A stretch of 64,000 bases of DNA from Myxococcales bacterium. GTDB taxonomy: Bacteria; Myxococcota_A; Polyangia; Polyangiales; DASUME01. The stretch lies in NCBI GenBank assembly GCA_047601445.1, contig JASGJH010000001.1, positions 8,416,001 through 8,480,000 on the forward strand. Direction: 5' to 3'. Below the pieces are notes generated by a model. The model saw only the letters and a program-made list of their open reading frames with translations, was not told the origin of the DNA and did no database searches. This document shows positions 29,100 through 39,424 of the stretch, one piece after another; the first letter of the stretch is position 1, and each line of letters starts with the position of its first letter. The translations under genes and the position numbers were made by a program.

Positions 29100-29222
29100 G
29101 TCACAAGTGCACCTAGGACTTGTGACGTGGAGGCTACGCAGCAACGCGTGGCGATCGTGAGCGTAGTGGTGGACCTGGACGTTCACCAATGTTCACCACG
29201 CCGACCAGGTCCAAGTCAACGC
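29100..29222. repeat. Palindromic and hexamer-periodic intergenic element between convergent genes
   Basis: Stem GTCACAAGT/ACTTGTGAC (29100-29126) and the inverted pair GGACCTGG/CCAGGTCC. Confidence 0.45.
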
Positions 29223-29272
29223 GCAGTGCTGGACGAGCTCTGAGCGTCAGTGCCGGAGCGCAACGGCACTCG

Positions 29273-31498
29273 CTACCGATCCATGTTCGTCAACTTGGCC
29301 ACTCGCACTGCGCACGCCTTGTAGGCTGGCTGACGCGAGTACGGATCGAACGCCGCGAACGTAAGGCGGTTGATCTCGTCGTAGTGCATGGGGATGAAGA
29401 CCTCTCCCGCCTTCACCGTTTGGGTCACGAAAGCGCGCGCGTGAATCTGCGCACGCTGCGACGCCACCTGGACCAACTCGTCCGGCGCGATGTTCAGCTG
29501 CTTGGCATCGGCCGGTGAGATCTCGACGTAGACCTCCGAGGGAGCCAGGCGGCGGAGCACGTCGGAGCGCTTGGTACGCGTGAGGGTGTGCCACTGGCTG
29601 GAGCTTCCGCGTCCGGTGAGCAACGTCAGCGGGAACTTCTTGCTGGTGGGCTCCGGCAAGGGCCGTGGCGCCTCGAACAGAAAGCGCGCGCGTCGATCCG
29701 GTGTGAAGTAGCCACCTTCCGCGAACAGCCGGCGCTGGTTGTCCTCGAGTCGCTCGCCGCTCGGCAGCGGCCACTGGATGCCGCCGGCGCGGTCGAGCAT
29801 GGCGTAGTCCTCGATGCCGGTGATGTCGTTGGGGCGCCCCGCGCTCAATCGCTTGAGGATCTGGAACACGGCCTCCGGGCTCGTCCACTCCGCGAACATC
29901 TCGCCGCAGCCCCAGGCTTCCGCCACGAGGCGGAAAATGTGGAAGTCAGCCAGGGCCTCGCCGGGGGCGCGCGCCACGCTCTTGATCACACCGATGCGGC
30001 GCTCCGAGTTGATGAAGGTGCCTTCCTTCTCGCCCCAGCCCGCGGCCGGCAGCACGATGTCCGCGCGCTGCGTGGTCTCGGTGTCGACGTACATGTCCTG
30101 CACCACCAGGCACTCCAGCTTGCCCAGGGTCTCGAGGAAGTCCTGTTGATTGATCCAGGAATGGGCCGGGTTGGTGGCCACGATCCACAGTGCCTTGATC
30201 TTGTTGGAGAGGATGCCTTCGATGATCTGGTCGTAGGCGAGGCTCGGTTGTGTCGGGATGCTATCGGCCTCGATATTCAGGATACGCGCGACGTCGGCAC
30301 GGTCGCTCTCGGAAGTGAAGCTGCGCCCACAGAAGAGGGCCGTGGTGTTGCTGAAGGCGCGCGAGCCCATGGCGTTGCACTGGCCCGTGATGGAGTTGGC
30401 GCCGGTGCCAGGACGACCGATGTTGCGGGTCATCAAGGAGAGCGCGATCAGAGCCTGCGCCGTGCGCGTGCCTTCGTGGCTCTGGTTGACCCCCATGGTC
30501 CACCAGAAGCTCACCCGCTTGCCTTCATGGATCAGCTCCGCCAGGCGTGCGATGCGCGCCGCGGGAATGCCCGAGTCGGCTTCGCCGCGCTCCAGGGTGA
30601 AGTCGGCCACGCTGGCGCGAAATTCCTCGAAGCCGGTGGTGTGTTCCGCGATGTAGTCGAGGTCGACCCAACCGCGCGCGATCAGCTCCTGAGCCACCGC
30701 GTACAGCAGACTGAGGTCGCTCTTGGGGCGGATGGCGTAGTGATGCTGGGCCGCCATCGCGGTCTCGGTCTTGCGCGGATCGATCACGATGATGTTGGGC
30801 TTGTGCCGGTTGCGACAGACGCGCTCCCACATGATGGGGTGCGCGATACACATGTTGGAGCCCACCAACACGATGGTGTCGGACTCCTCGAAGTCCGCGT
30901 AGGTGAACGGTGGCGCGTCGAATCCGAAGGCTTCCTTGTACGCCGTGGCCGCCGTGGCCATGCATTGGCGCGTGTTGCCGTCGCCGTGCAGCATGCCCAT
31001 GCCGAACTTACCGAGCGCGCCGAGAAACGCGAGCTCCTCCGTGGGAAGTTGCCCCGTGCCGAGCCAGGCCACAGACGCAGGGCCGTACTTCTCCTGAATG
31101 TCCTTGAAGCGATCCACCATCTCAAAGATGGCGTCTTCCCAGGATACGGCCGTGAGCTTGCCGTTGCGCCGCACCATCGGCTTCACTGCGCGCCCGGGCC
31201 CGCGCAGCGGCGCCAGTGCCTCCCAGCCCTTGGGGCAGGCCATTCCGATGTTGACGGGGTGGTCGGTGGCCGGCTTGAGCCCTACCGCCTCGCCCTTCTG
31301 CAACATCACCTCGAGTCCGCAGCCGGTGGAGCAGAAGCCGCACACCATGGTGGTGGTGGCCTCGGGCACCAGCTTGGACGGCACGCGTCCGAGGCCGTAC
31401 TTGGACGGCTCCTGCAGCAGCTCGCGCGTGAGCGGACCCTCGCGCTGTACGAGCAGGTTCATGCCAGCGCGCTTGAGCTTGTCGACGACCCCGCTCAT
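29273..31498 (-). CDS. nasA: Assimilatory-type nitrate reductase catalytic subunit (NasA/NarB-like)
   Basis: CGFCSTGC...[19 protein letters not shown] (Cys Mo ligand), [30 protein letters not shown] overlaps the upstream stop. Confidence 0.85.
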   Translation of the reverse strand: MSGVVDKLKRAGMNLLVQREGPLTRELLQEPSKYGLGRVPSKLVPEATTTMVCGFCSTGCGLEVMLQKGEAVGLKPATDHPVNIGMACPKGWEALAPLRGPGRAVKPMVRRNGKLTAVSWEDAIFEMVDRFKDIQEKYGPASVAWLGTGQLPTEELAFLGALGKFGMGMLHGDGNTRQCMATAATAYKEAFGFDAPPFTYADFEESDTIVLVGSNMCIAHPIMWERVCRNRHKPNIIVIDPRKTETAMAAQHHYAIRPKSDLSLLYAVAQELIARGWVDLDYIAEHTTGFEEFRASVADFTLERGEADSGIPAARIARLAELIHEGKRVSFWWTMGVNQSHEGTRTAQALIALSLMTRNIGRPGTGANSITGQCNAMGSRAFSNTTALFCGRSFTSESDRADVARILNIEADSIPTQPSLAYDQIIEGILSNKIKALWIVATNPAHSWINQQDFLETLGKLECLVVQDMYVDTETTQRADIVLPAAGWGEKEGTFINSERRIGVIKSVARAPGEALADFHIFRLVAEAWGCGEMFAEWTSPEAVFQILKRLSAGRPNDITGIEDYAMLDRAGGIQWPLPSGERLEDNQRRLFAEGGYFTPDRRARFLFEAPRPLPEPTSKKFPLTLLTGRGSSSQWHTLTRTKRSDVLRRLAPSEVYVEISPADAKQLNIAPDELVQVASQRAQIHARAFVTQTVKAGEVFIPMHYDEINRLTFAAFDPYSRQPAYKACAVRVAKLTNMDR

Positions 31499-33198
31499 CG
31501 CAGGCCTCCTGGCATACGAGACGCCGGTGCAGCGCGGAAGAACAGATAGCGCTCGGCCAGCTCGCCAGCCAGCAGGGTCCCCAGCATCGCGATCGCGATG
31601 GGCGCCCACGATGTGCCTGGCGAGCTCTGTGAGAGCAGCTCCCACGGCAAGAGCACGCCGCCCACGAGCAGCAAGCCGAAGCGCAACATGGTCACGCGCG
31701 AGAGCTCACCGCGCATCACCAGGGCCATCCGCTTCATGGCGGTGGTACGGCGGTCGCTCGCGTAGCTCAGGGCGTGTCCCTCGAACACCAGCTTGAAGGC
31801 CGCGCAACCCATGATCACCCAGTGCAAGAGCGACGGGCGGTGCGCCGCACGCGCCTCTGCGCCGAAGGTCGATACGGCGAGGACCGAGGCACAGCCCAAC
31901 AGCAGGGTCGTGCTGAAGAACTTGAGCCCGGTCTGCGTGAACGACCACTGTTCTCGACGCGTCGCCACGTAGACCATCACCGAACAGAACACGCCGAGTA
32001 GACCCGACCACACCGCGCCGGTGCGCACCAGCGGGGCATAGGGTGTCAGCGAGAGGGCGATGTCCTTGCCTGGAAAGTCGGGCAAGATAGGCAGCGCCGT
32101 GAGCAAGCCGTAGCCGATGGCCAGCTTGGCAAACAGGCCGAACACCAGGGCCTCGCGGCTTAGCCACGACGTGCGCAGCCCGAGCACCGCGCGGTAGGCC
32201 AGCAACGGACGTCCCAGATGGAACACGCTGGCACCGAGCGCGGCCAGGGTCACGACACAGGCATAGAGCGATTGCAGCAGGCCGCTGCCGATGGGCGCGC
32301 CTGCCAGCTGCTGCGCGGCGTAGGCCACTACGAAGGCGCCCACGGCGAGCTGGGTGAGCGTGAGCATGATGACGAGCGGGGGATGCGAGTGCTCTGAGCG
32401 CGTGTGATAGAAGTCGGCCGGACGCAGGTTGCTGGGGAGCGCGCGCTGGGTCTTGTACTGCGTGGTCGGCAGCGTGTGCTCGGGGTCCGGCGCGCCGGGG
32501 ACGAACATGCCCACGTCGCTCGAGGCCACGATGCTCTCCTGGTCCACGACGCGGATGGAAATGGCGCCGTTCGGGCAGGACTGCACGCAGGCGGGAGCCT
32601 CACCGTGGGCGAGGCGATCGCTGCACATGTCGCACTTGCGCACGATGCCGCGCTCCGCGTTGTACTTGGGCGCGTCGTAGGGACACATCAACGTGCAGTA
32701 CTGGCAACCGAAGCACTGGTCGTCCAAGTGCTTCACGATGCCCGTCACCGGGTCCTTCTCGTACGCCTTGGTGGGGCAGCCGAGCATGCACGCGGGCTCC
32801 ACACAGTGATGACACGAGGTGGTGATGGTCTGCTGGACCGGCGCCTTGTTGGTGCCTCCGTGGACCAGGCCTACCGTGCGCCAGAGCTCATCCTTGTCGA
32901 GGCCGTTGAGGTTGTGGCAAGCGACCACGCAAGCCTTGCAGCCCGTACAGGCATCGAGGTCGACCTCGAAGGCGTACTGCTGACCTGGCTGCGGCTTCTC
33001 GAAGGGAATGAGGTCGCGGTAGAACTTCTCGTGCAGCGGCGCGTCCGGCGACTCGTGCAGCTTCGCGAAGCGCTCCACGGCCGTCAGGCTGCGCTGGGTT
33101 TCCAGCAGCTGCTTCACCGGCAAGAGCGGGAGTCTGCGCTTGGCCTTCTTCTCCCCGGAGGCCAGGGCTGGCATCACCGAAGTGGATGGGCTGGTCAT
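31495..33198 (-). CDS. Fused DmsB/NrfC-type polyferredoxin and DmsC-type membrane anchor
   Basis: Four Fe-S Cys clusters ([28 protein letters not shown]) followed by several TM helices with [14 protein letters not shown] and ERYLFF. Confidence 0.88.
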   Translation of the reverse strand: MTSPSTSVMPALASGEKKAKRRLPLLPVKQLLETQRSLTAVERFAKLHESPDAPLHEKFYRDLIPFEKPQPGQQYAFEVDLDACTGCKACVVACHNLNGLDKDELWRTVGLVHGGTNKAPVQQTITTSCHHCVEPACMLGCPTKAYEKDPVTGIVKHLDDQCFGCQYCTLMCPYDAPKYNAERGIVRKCDMCSDRLAHGEAPACVQSCPNGAISIRVVDQESIVASSDVGMFVPGAPDPEHTLPTTQYKTQRALPSNLRPADFYHTRSEHSHPPLVIMLTLTQLAVGAFVVAYAAQQLAGAPIGSGLLQSLYACVVTLAALGASVFHLGRPLLAYRAVLGLRTSWLSREALVFGLFAKLAIGYGLLTALPILPDFPGKDIALSLTPYAPLVRTGAVWSGLLGVFCSVMVYVATRREQWSFTQTGLKFFSTTLLLGCASVLAVSTFGAEARAAHRPSLLHWVIMGCAAFKLVFEGHALSYASDRRTTAMKRMALVMRGELSRVTMLRFGLLLVGGVLLPWELLSQSSPGTSWAPIAIAMLGTLLAGELAERYLFFRAAPASRMPGGLR

Positions 33199-33281
33199 GG
33201 ACACCCCGCCTTTTGGGCGAGAAACACACAAGAAATACTGGGCAAATTGGACTGCATGAGGGGCTCGCGACGCTTTCTAAA

Positions 33282-33298
33282 AGCAAGTCGCATACCCA
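33282..33298 (-). promoter_or_regulatory. Candidate sigma-54 promoter of the nitrate reductase operon
   Basis: The minus strand reads TGGGTATGCGACTTGCT, i.e. GG-N10-GC with TTGCT, ~85 nt before ATG 33198. Confidence 0.55.
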
Positions 33299-33351
33299 GC
33301 TGCAACAGGGGCTTTTCTCGGGATTTTCATGCGGCGCCGGGGGGCGCCAAT

Positions 33352-33367
33352 CCGACAGTTTTGTCGG
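33352..33367. promoter_or_regulatory. Palindromic candidate regulator-binding site
   Basis: CCGACA-GTTT-TGTCGG, upstream of the sigma-54 motif. Confidence 0.35.
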
Positions 33368-33567
33368 TCTCGAACGAGCCTGTGAGGTCGGCTTCCGGCA
33401 TGTTTCCGAGACTTGTCGAGTCGGCAGCGGAGACGGGGAGCGCCAAACGCAACGCGAGAGCGGTCTTCGGGCTCAAAACGCGCCGGCGACGGCAGGTAGC
33501 GATCCTCGGCAGAAGGCGCGACTGCGCCTTGACCTCCGCTTGGTCGGCGACGTGGACTTTGACCTGA

Positions 33568-33632
33568 ACGGCGACGGCGTGCGTGAGCGTCCAATTCTCA
33601 GCCTCGAAGGCGCTCACGCACGCCGTCGCCGT
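33568..33632. repeat. Perfect 22-bp inverted repeat (REP-like stem-loop)
   Basis: ACGGCGACGGCGTGCGTGAGCG-N21-CGCTCACGCACGCCGTCGCCGT, within hexamer-periodic GAC/GTC flanks. Confidence 0.8.
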
Positions 33633-33718
33633 CAAAGTCGTCGTCCGTCAAAGATCACGACCACCACCACGATTACGCCGACGACCTGCAACGGTCTGTC
33701 GGCGATCCGCGCAAGCCT

Positions 33719-34630
33719 CTACCCGTACACCTTGGGCACGTACATCTCGGGCGGGAACGTCTTGCGCTCGTAATCGGGGTCGAACACGCGGTCGGGCAGC
33801 GACAAGTGTTCTTGCTCGATCTCGACGTACGGGATCTGCTTGAGCAGGTGATCGATGCAGTTCAGTCGGGCCCGCTTCTTGTCGTTGCCCTCCACGATGA
33901 ACCAGTGCGCCTCGGAGATGTTGGTGCGCTCCAGCATCGCTTCCTTGGCCTCGGTGTAGTCCTCCCAGCAGACGCGCGCCTGCAGGTCCATGGGGCTCAA
34001 CTTCCACTGCTTCATCGGGTCGTGGATGCGCATCAGGAAGCGCAGCTGCTGCTCCTGGTCGGTGATCGAGAACCAGTACTTGAGCAAGATGATGCCCGAG
34101 CGCACCAGCATGCGCTCGAACTCGGGCACGTCGTGGAAGAACTGCTCGACCTGCTCCTGCGTAGCGAAGCCCATCACGCGCTCCACCCCAGCTCGGTTGT
34201 ACCAGGAGCGATCGAACAGCACGATCTCGCCGCCCGCGGGCAAGTGGGACACGTAGCGCTGGAAGTACCACTGCGTCCTCTCGCGCTCGGTCGGGGCCGG
34301 CAGCGCGACCACGCGGCAGACGCGCGGGTTGAGCCGCTGGGTGATGCGCTTGATCACGCCGCCCTTGCCGGCCGAGTCGCGCCCTTCGAACAGGACCACG
34401 ACTTTGGCCTTGGTGTGTGCGACCCAGGTCTGCAGCTTGATCAGCTCGGCCTGCAGCTGGAGTAGATGTCGGAAGTACTCACGACGATCGATCGAAGACG
34501 GGTGGTGCTGCCTGTAGATCCTGCGGATCTCATCGGAGAGAGCAGGCTCGGAGAGCTCGAGCTCGTAGTCCTCGTCGAGGCTGTCGGCTAGCTCGGCCTC
34601 GAGCCAGTCTTGATGGGGCGGTCGGTCCAT
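33719..34630 (-). CDS. ppk2: Polyphosphate kinase 2
   Basis: FEGRDSAGKGG, QWYFQRY, FDRSWYNRAGVERVMGF, KQWKLSPMD, DKKRARLN. Confidence 0.95.
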   Translation of the reverse strand: MDRPPHQDWLEAELADSLDEDYELELSEPALSDEIRRIYRQHHPSSIDRREYFRHLLQLQAELIKLQTWVAHTKAKVVVLFEGRDSAGKGGVIKRITQRLNPRVCRVVALPAPTERERTQWYFQRYVSHLPAGGEIVLFDRSWYNRAGVERVMGFATQEQVEQFFHDVPEFERMLVRSGIILLKYWFSITDQEQQLRFLMRIHDPMKQWKLSPMDLQARVCWEDYTEAKEAMLERTNISEAHWFIVEGNDKKRARLNCIDHLLKQIPYVEIEQEHLSLPDRVFDPDYERKTFPPEMYVPKVYG

Positions 34631-34643
34631 GGTGGCCTCCGGA

Positions 34644-35141
34644 TCATCCCGTCCGTGGGCGCTCAGCAAAGCGCATTCGGATCATCTCCACGGCCTCGGC
34701 GCGCTCGGCGGGCGAGCCGAAGCGCTTGTCGTCGAGGTATGGCGCCATGAAGGAGAGCGCCTCGTGAATCGACGAGCAGACTTTCTTGGGGATTTTGTTG
34801 GCGGACGTCATGGTGATGGCGGCCATGATCCCGCGCACGGCCGCGGCCGCAAAGCCCGTGCCCTGGTAGGCATAGGCAAGGCAATTGCAGCGTTCCATGG
34901 TGGCTGACGCCAGGATGTCGAGTCTACGCCGGGCGGCTTGCTCCGGCAGTGGCGCCGAAGGCTCCACCACGATTAGCGCGGCGAACGGCCCAGGGTCCTG
35001 CCGATGAAGGCGTTGCAAGATCGCCATGTGCTCGTCGACCGCTTGGAGGCGTGTCTCGTGCCACCACTGAACGATGAGGTTGTTCCAGCGGGCGAAGCAG
35101 TTGTTGGGGCCGAGCGCCAAGATCTCGGGTGGGTTGACCAT
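34644..35141 (-). CDS. STAS/SEC14-like hypothetical protein
   Basis: Resembles the myxobacterial family with 'P...AR', 'GF.AA.VR' and 'EAL.F/W' motifs. Confidence 0.6.
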   Translation of the reverse strand: MVNPPEILALGPNNCFARWNNLIVQWWHETRLQAVDEHMAILQRLHRQDPGPFAALIVVEPSAPLPEQAARRRLDILASATMERCNCLAYAYQGTGFAAAAVRGIMAAITMTSANKIPKKVCSSIHEALSFMAPYLDDKRFGSPAERAEAVEMIRMRFAERPRTG

Positions 35142-35273
35142 TCGAATAAGCTACCCCGCTGGAGCACTCGCTTCGCGCAGGGGTCAGCGGATACACGGTT
35201 CTGTCCCGCCAGTAAGCAGGAAGCGAGCGTTCCTTCGGGCACGAGACCCGGGCGCTGACTTTGTCAGCGCCGG

Positions 35274-38139
35274 CTAGGCCTGGCCTTGAGGACCCCACTG
35301 CGTCTGCCGCGGTGAAGACGGGTCTGCCCTGCGGGAACCGCTCAGGGCCTCGCGGACACGCTGCAAGAGCGCCCTGGGGACGAAGGGCTTCTGCAAGATT
35401 TGCGGTGCCAAGTCACCCATCGAGCAGCCCGCTACCGCGGTGTCCGTGTAGCCCGACATGAACAAGACCGGGAGACCCGGATGGGTGCGGAGGAGTTCCC
35501 TGGCGAGTTCGGGACCGGAGCAACCCGGCATCATGACGTCGGTGAGCAGCAGGTCGATTCGCTCGCGGGTCTTGTGGACCAGGCGCAGCGCGCTCTCGCC
35601 GCTGTCGGCCGCGAGCACCCGGTAGCCGTGGGACGAGAGAACCCGCCGGGAGAGCTCGCGCACGGCCGGGTCGTCCTCCGCGAGAAGCACCGTCTCGGAC
35701 CCGTGGACCACCGAGAGCCTTTCGACGCGGGAGGCCGGGGCCGGCTTGGTTTCACCGCTGGCCGCAGGGAGGAGCAGCTCGAAGGAGCTTCCCTTACCGA
35801 GCTGAGTCTCGACGAGCACGGCGCCGCCGCACTGCTTGATGATGCCGTACACGGTGGAGAGGCCGAGCCCGGTTCCTTTGCCGCGGTCCTTGGTCGTAAA
35901 GAACGGCTCGAAAATGCGCGCGGGGGTCGACGGATCCATCCCGACGCCGGTGTCCACCACCTTGATGCGCACGTAGGATCCGGGTAGCAGCTCGGTGCCA
36001 TCGTCGGCAATGAGCTCGGCGGGGCCGAGGGTCACATCGCTCGTTTCGAGCGAGAGCACACCGCCGCTCGGCATCGCGTCGCGCGCGTTCACTGCCAAGT
36101 TCATGATCACCTGTTCCAGCTGATTGGGGTCCACGCGCACGTGACCGAGCTGCGGGGCCAAGCTGCGCTCGATGCGAATGCGCGCATCCAGTAGGCGGCG
36201 GAGCAAAGGTTCCAGTCCCTCGAGTAGCGTATTGACGTCCACGTCGCGCGCCTCGACCACTTGCTTGCGGCTGAAGGCGAGGAGCTGTTTGGTGAGCGCG
36301 GTACCGCGTTCGGCTGCAGCGTGGATCTGCTCGAGCTCGTTGCGCATGGCATCGCCAGGCCGCAGGCGCATCAGGGCCAGCTCGCTGAACCCCAAGAGTC
36401 CGGTCAGCAAATTGTTGAAATCGTGCGCTACGCCACCCGCAAGCCGGCCGATGGCCTCCATCTTTTGCGCCTGGCGCAGTTGGTCGGCGGTGGTTCGCAG
36501 GACTCGCTCGGCCTCTTGCCGTTCACGCAGGTCGTGGGCTACGAGCGCATAGAAATCGAGGCTCTCCTTCTCCTTTCTCGCGATCACGACCTGCTGCACC
36601 GGAATCGGCGTTCCGTCGCGATGCAGAAGCGAGATCTCGCCGCTCCAGGCGCCCATGCTCACGGCTCGAGCCAAGAATCTCTCCCGGCAAGCGTGCGCGC
36701 TCGGGTTCGGCGTGCAGGTCGGACATCGTCAGTTGTGTTGGGTCGAAGGATTCGTCGAACCCAAGCAGTCGACGTCCCGCAGGGTTGAGGTAGATCAGCT
36801 GACCCTCGGCGTCGGCCAGCGCAACAAGTTCGGTGGTGGCCTCCACGACGGCTGCCAGCCTGTCACGCGCGAGCTCGGCCTTGCGACGTACCTCGATGTC
36901 CTCCAACAGCGCGAGCGAGCCCACCGTGCGCCCGCTGGCATCAATCAAGGGAGCCGCGGAGACGCGAACCTGGAGCAGGCTGCCATCACGGCGCAGGCGC
37001 AAAGTTTCGTACGGGGAGGTCGGCGTACTGGACTCCCGCACGCGCTTCCATTCTTGCTCGAACTCCGCCGTCAATGGCGGCGGCACGATGGGCAAGGGCC
37101 GACCCAGCACCTCGTCGGGGCGATAGCCGAACATGCGCTCGGCTGCTGGATTCCAGGCCGTCACACGGGCCGACTCATCGATGGCGACGGTGGCGAGCGG
37201 AGAGGAATGAACGACTGCCCGATGTAGCTGGAGGGCCGTTTCCAGGCGTTCTACGAGGGCGGCGCGCTCGACGGTGGCGGTTCCGATGACCAGTCCGACC
37301 AGGGCCACGGACGCCAGCGTGACCTGCAGGTGCAAGACGGTTTCGCTCGGGATAGGACGAACGAGTGGTCCGACCCCGAAGAAGACGAGCACAGTGGCGA
37401 GCAGGTATAGGAGTGCAACGGCCACGGTGCCCCCGCGCAAACCAAAACGCAGGGCGCACCAGATCAAGGGCGGATACGCGAGGCTAGGTCGGCCGAAAAC
37501 GGGCGTGAAGCCAAGCAGAGCAAAGCTCACGAGCGTCGAGAACGCCAGCACCCGTTCGGGCCATGGACGGCGTTGCTCGCTTCCGACGTCGGCCCGGCGG
37601 AACGTCGCGGCGAGCGGTACGGTTAGCATCGCGCCCAGAGTGTCTGCCAACCACCAGTGGAGCAGGCTGCCGAAGGGGGCGGATTGCGTTGCGCCCAGCA
37701 AGCCGAGTACTCGGAAGCCGGCGCTGACGGCGGCGCCCAGTGCGCACGCGACGGCCAAGCGGCGCAGGTCGAGGAGTCTCAGCAGTTGAGGGTCGAACTG
37801 AGGCCGTCGACGCAGGAACATCGCGCTACAGACAGGGCCGAGCACATCCCCGAACCAGGTGGTCGCTGCTCCTTGCAGAGGTGTTCGCCAGAGCGATACG
37901 ATCAGCGCCCCGCATGCGACTCCTGGCAGCGCATCGCGTCCGCGCCACAGCAGTGCCGTCACCGCCACTCCGGCCGGAAGCCATACCGCACACAAGCGCT
38001 GAGGACCTAGCGCGATGACATTGTTCAGCACTGCGGCTGCGACGTAAGAGGAGGCAATAAGAGCTGCCTCGAGCACGCGAAAGCCGCCGGCTCGCAATCG
38101 GCTGTTTGGCAGGCTGGGCCGTTCGGACCGAACATCCAT
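35274..38139 (-). CDS. Hybrid sensor histidine kinase (MASE1-PAS-PAS-HisKA-HATPase-REC); apparent frameshift at ~36672
   Basis: MASE1 (WLPAG, WWLAD), two PAS domains, AHDFNN H-box, NLAVNARDA, DTGVGM, FFTTK..GTGLGL, receiver LLTDVMMP. ORFs 36523..38172 and 35274..36674 join by removing one base (EIL|ARAVS). Confidence 0.88.
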
Positions 38140-38388
38140 GGGTTCATCTGTTTTCGTCCAGCACCCGTCCAAAACTTACTCGCCTTGGAAGGTGACGACA
38201 CCTGTAACACTCAGGGGCAATGCTCGCGGCGTCATGGTTCCATGCGACAAGTTACGGCGTCGTCCCGCCAAGCGAGCAAGGGTTGCTCTTGCGAACCGGT
38301 GCACGCGGAGCGTGGTGCGCCGGCTTTCATCGGGGCGCGACGTCCATCCGGCAGCATGTGTCGGCGCCTGTGTGGAATGGCTCTGGAT

Positions 38389-38410
38389 TTTCTAAGGAAT
38401 TTCTAAGGAA
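38389..38410. promoter_or_regulatory. Tandem 11-bp direct repeat (candidate regulator site)
   Basis: TTTCTAAGGAA twice, head-to-tail, in the divergent intergenic region. Confidence 0.5.
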
Positions 38411-38510
38411 CGATGGAGGTTCCGCGATAACAGGAGAACGCTGTCTGTTTCGACGGGCTGCGTGCTTTTCCTTCAACCAGCGAGGCCCTTCTTTCCACGA
38501 ACCTGATCCC

Positions 38511-39119
38511 ATGACGCTCGTTGCCAACACCATTCGCAAGGTCTCAGCTCGAGAGGCGGGACTGATGGTCGTCAGTCCGGCAGGCGCGATCCGCCAGGCC
38601 AACGCTGCAGCCCATCGCACGCTCGGATACGATCAAGGCGCCTTGATCGGCCTCTCGCTCGCCTGGCTCGTGCCACCTTCCCGCCACGACCTGTTGACGA
38701 AGCTCGATGTCGCGCTGGGGCGCTCGACACCCTTGTACGTCGAGAGCGTGTTCATGCGTGAAGACGGAACTCAGCTCAACGTCGACCTCGTGCTCGAAGC
38801 GCGGAGCGGACGGCGGGAGCTGTCGCTGACCGTCGAGGTAGAGGAGGAGGAAGTCGAGCCGGTGCGTTGGCTGCCGCAGAGGTACGTGCTGCCCGTGAGC
38901 GATGTCGCGCCCAAACCGACGCAGCGCGTCGACTTGGGCGATCACCTGAGCGATTGCATCCAGCTACTCGCCTGGTTGGATTCGCACGTGAAGGACGCGA
39001 CGACCGAGGAGCTCGCTCGCCAGCGCGCTCGTGTGCGGGCCGTGCTGCAAGATGCGAACGGTCTGCTCGAGGACTGCAGAGCGGAACTCGCTCGCACGAA
39101 GATCGCGCTGAGATTTTGA
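38511..39119 (+). CDS. PAS-domain protein with a C-terminal helical segment
   Basis: PAS motifs (ANAAAHRTLGY...LIG...LVP, REDG). Start uncertain. Confidence 0.7.
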   Translation: MTLVANTIRKVSAREAGLMVVSPAGAIRQANAAAHRTLGYDQGALIGLSLAWLVPPSRHDLLTKLDVALGRSTPLYVESVFMREDGTQLNVDLVLEARSGRRELSLTVEVEEEEVEPVRWLPQRYVLPVSDVAPKPTQRVDLGDHLSDCIQLLAWLDSHVKDATTEELARQRARVRAVLQDANGLLEDCRAELARTKIALRF

Positions 39120-39424
39120 CCTGAACAAACGAGGAGGCGCTCGCCCCGACGGTCGTCGAAGCGCTTCATCAGCGTCCTCAGCGGAGCTCGAAGTAAACTT
39201 TCGACCGGGTCTCGCGACGCGCGCGTAGCGGGCGTGCAACATGCGCAGCGAGCCCGCGATCGTCGTGCCATTCCGCTTGCAGTGCTCCCAGGTACGCATG
39301 TGCGTTCACCCCTGCCTGAGCATTGCTATCTCGGAACGGCTCAGTCTAACGTGAGCCTCCTCAGCAATCTTCTCCCCCAACGCTCGCGCGACGCCGACGC
39401 GTCGACAGCCAGGAGTGAAGTCTT

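Noticed and set aside
29588..31549. Long antisense ORFs (e.g. 29588..31549 +, 46827..48584 -, 50220..51485 +, 23278..24495 -)
   Set aside because: These are shadow ORFs opposite well-supported genes, as expected in high-GC DNA, and carry no motifs.
33327..33635. Short ORFs across the palindromic element
   Set aside because: Their V/T/D-periodic translations are by-products of the repeat DNA.
39351..39380. GTGAGCC upstream of the 39425 gene
   Set aside because: There is no CACT/CTCY -10 element at the required spacing.
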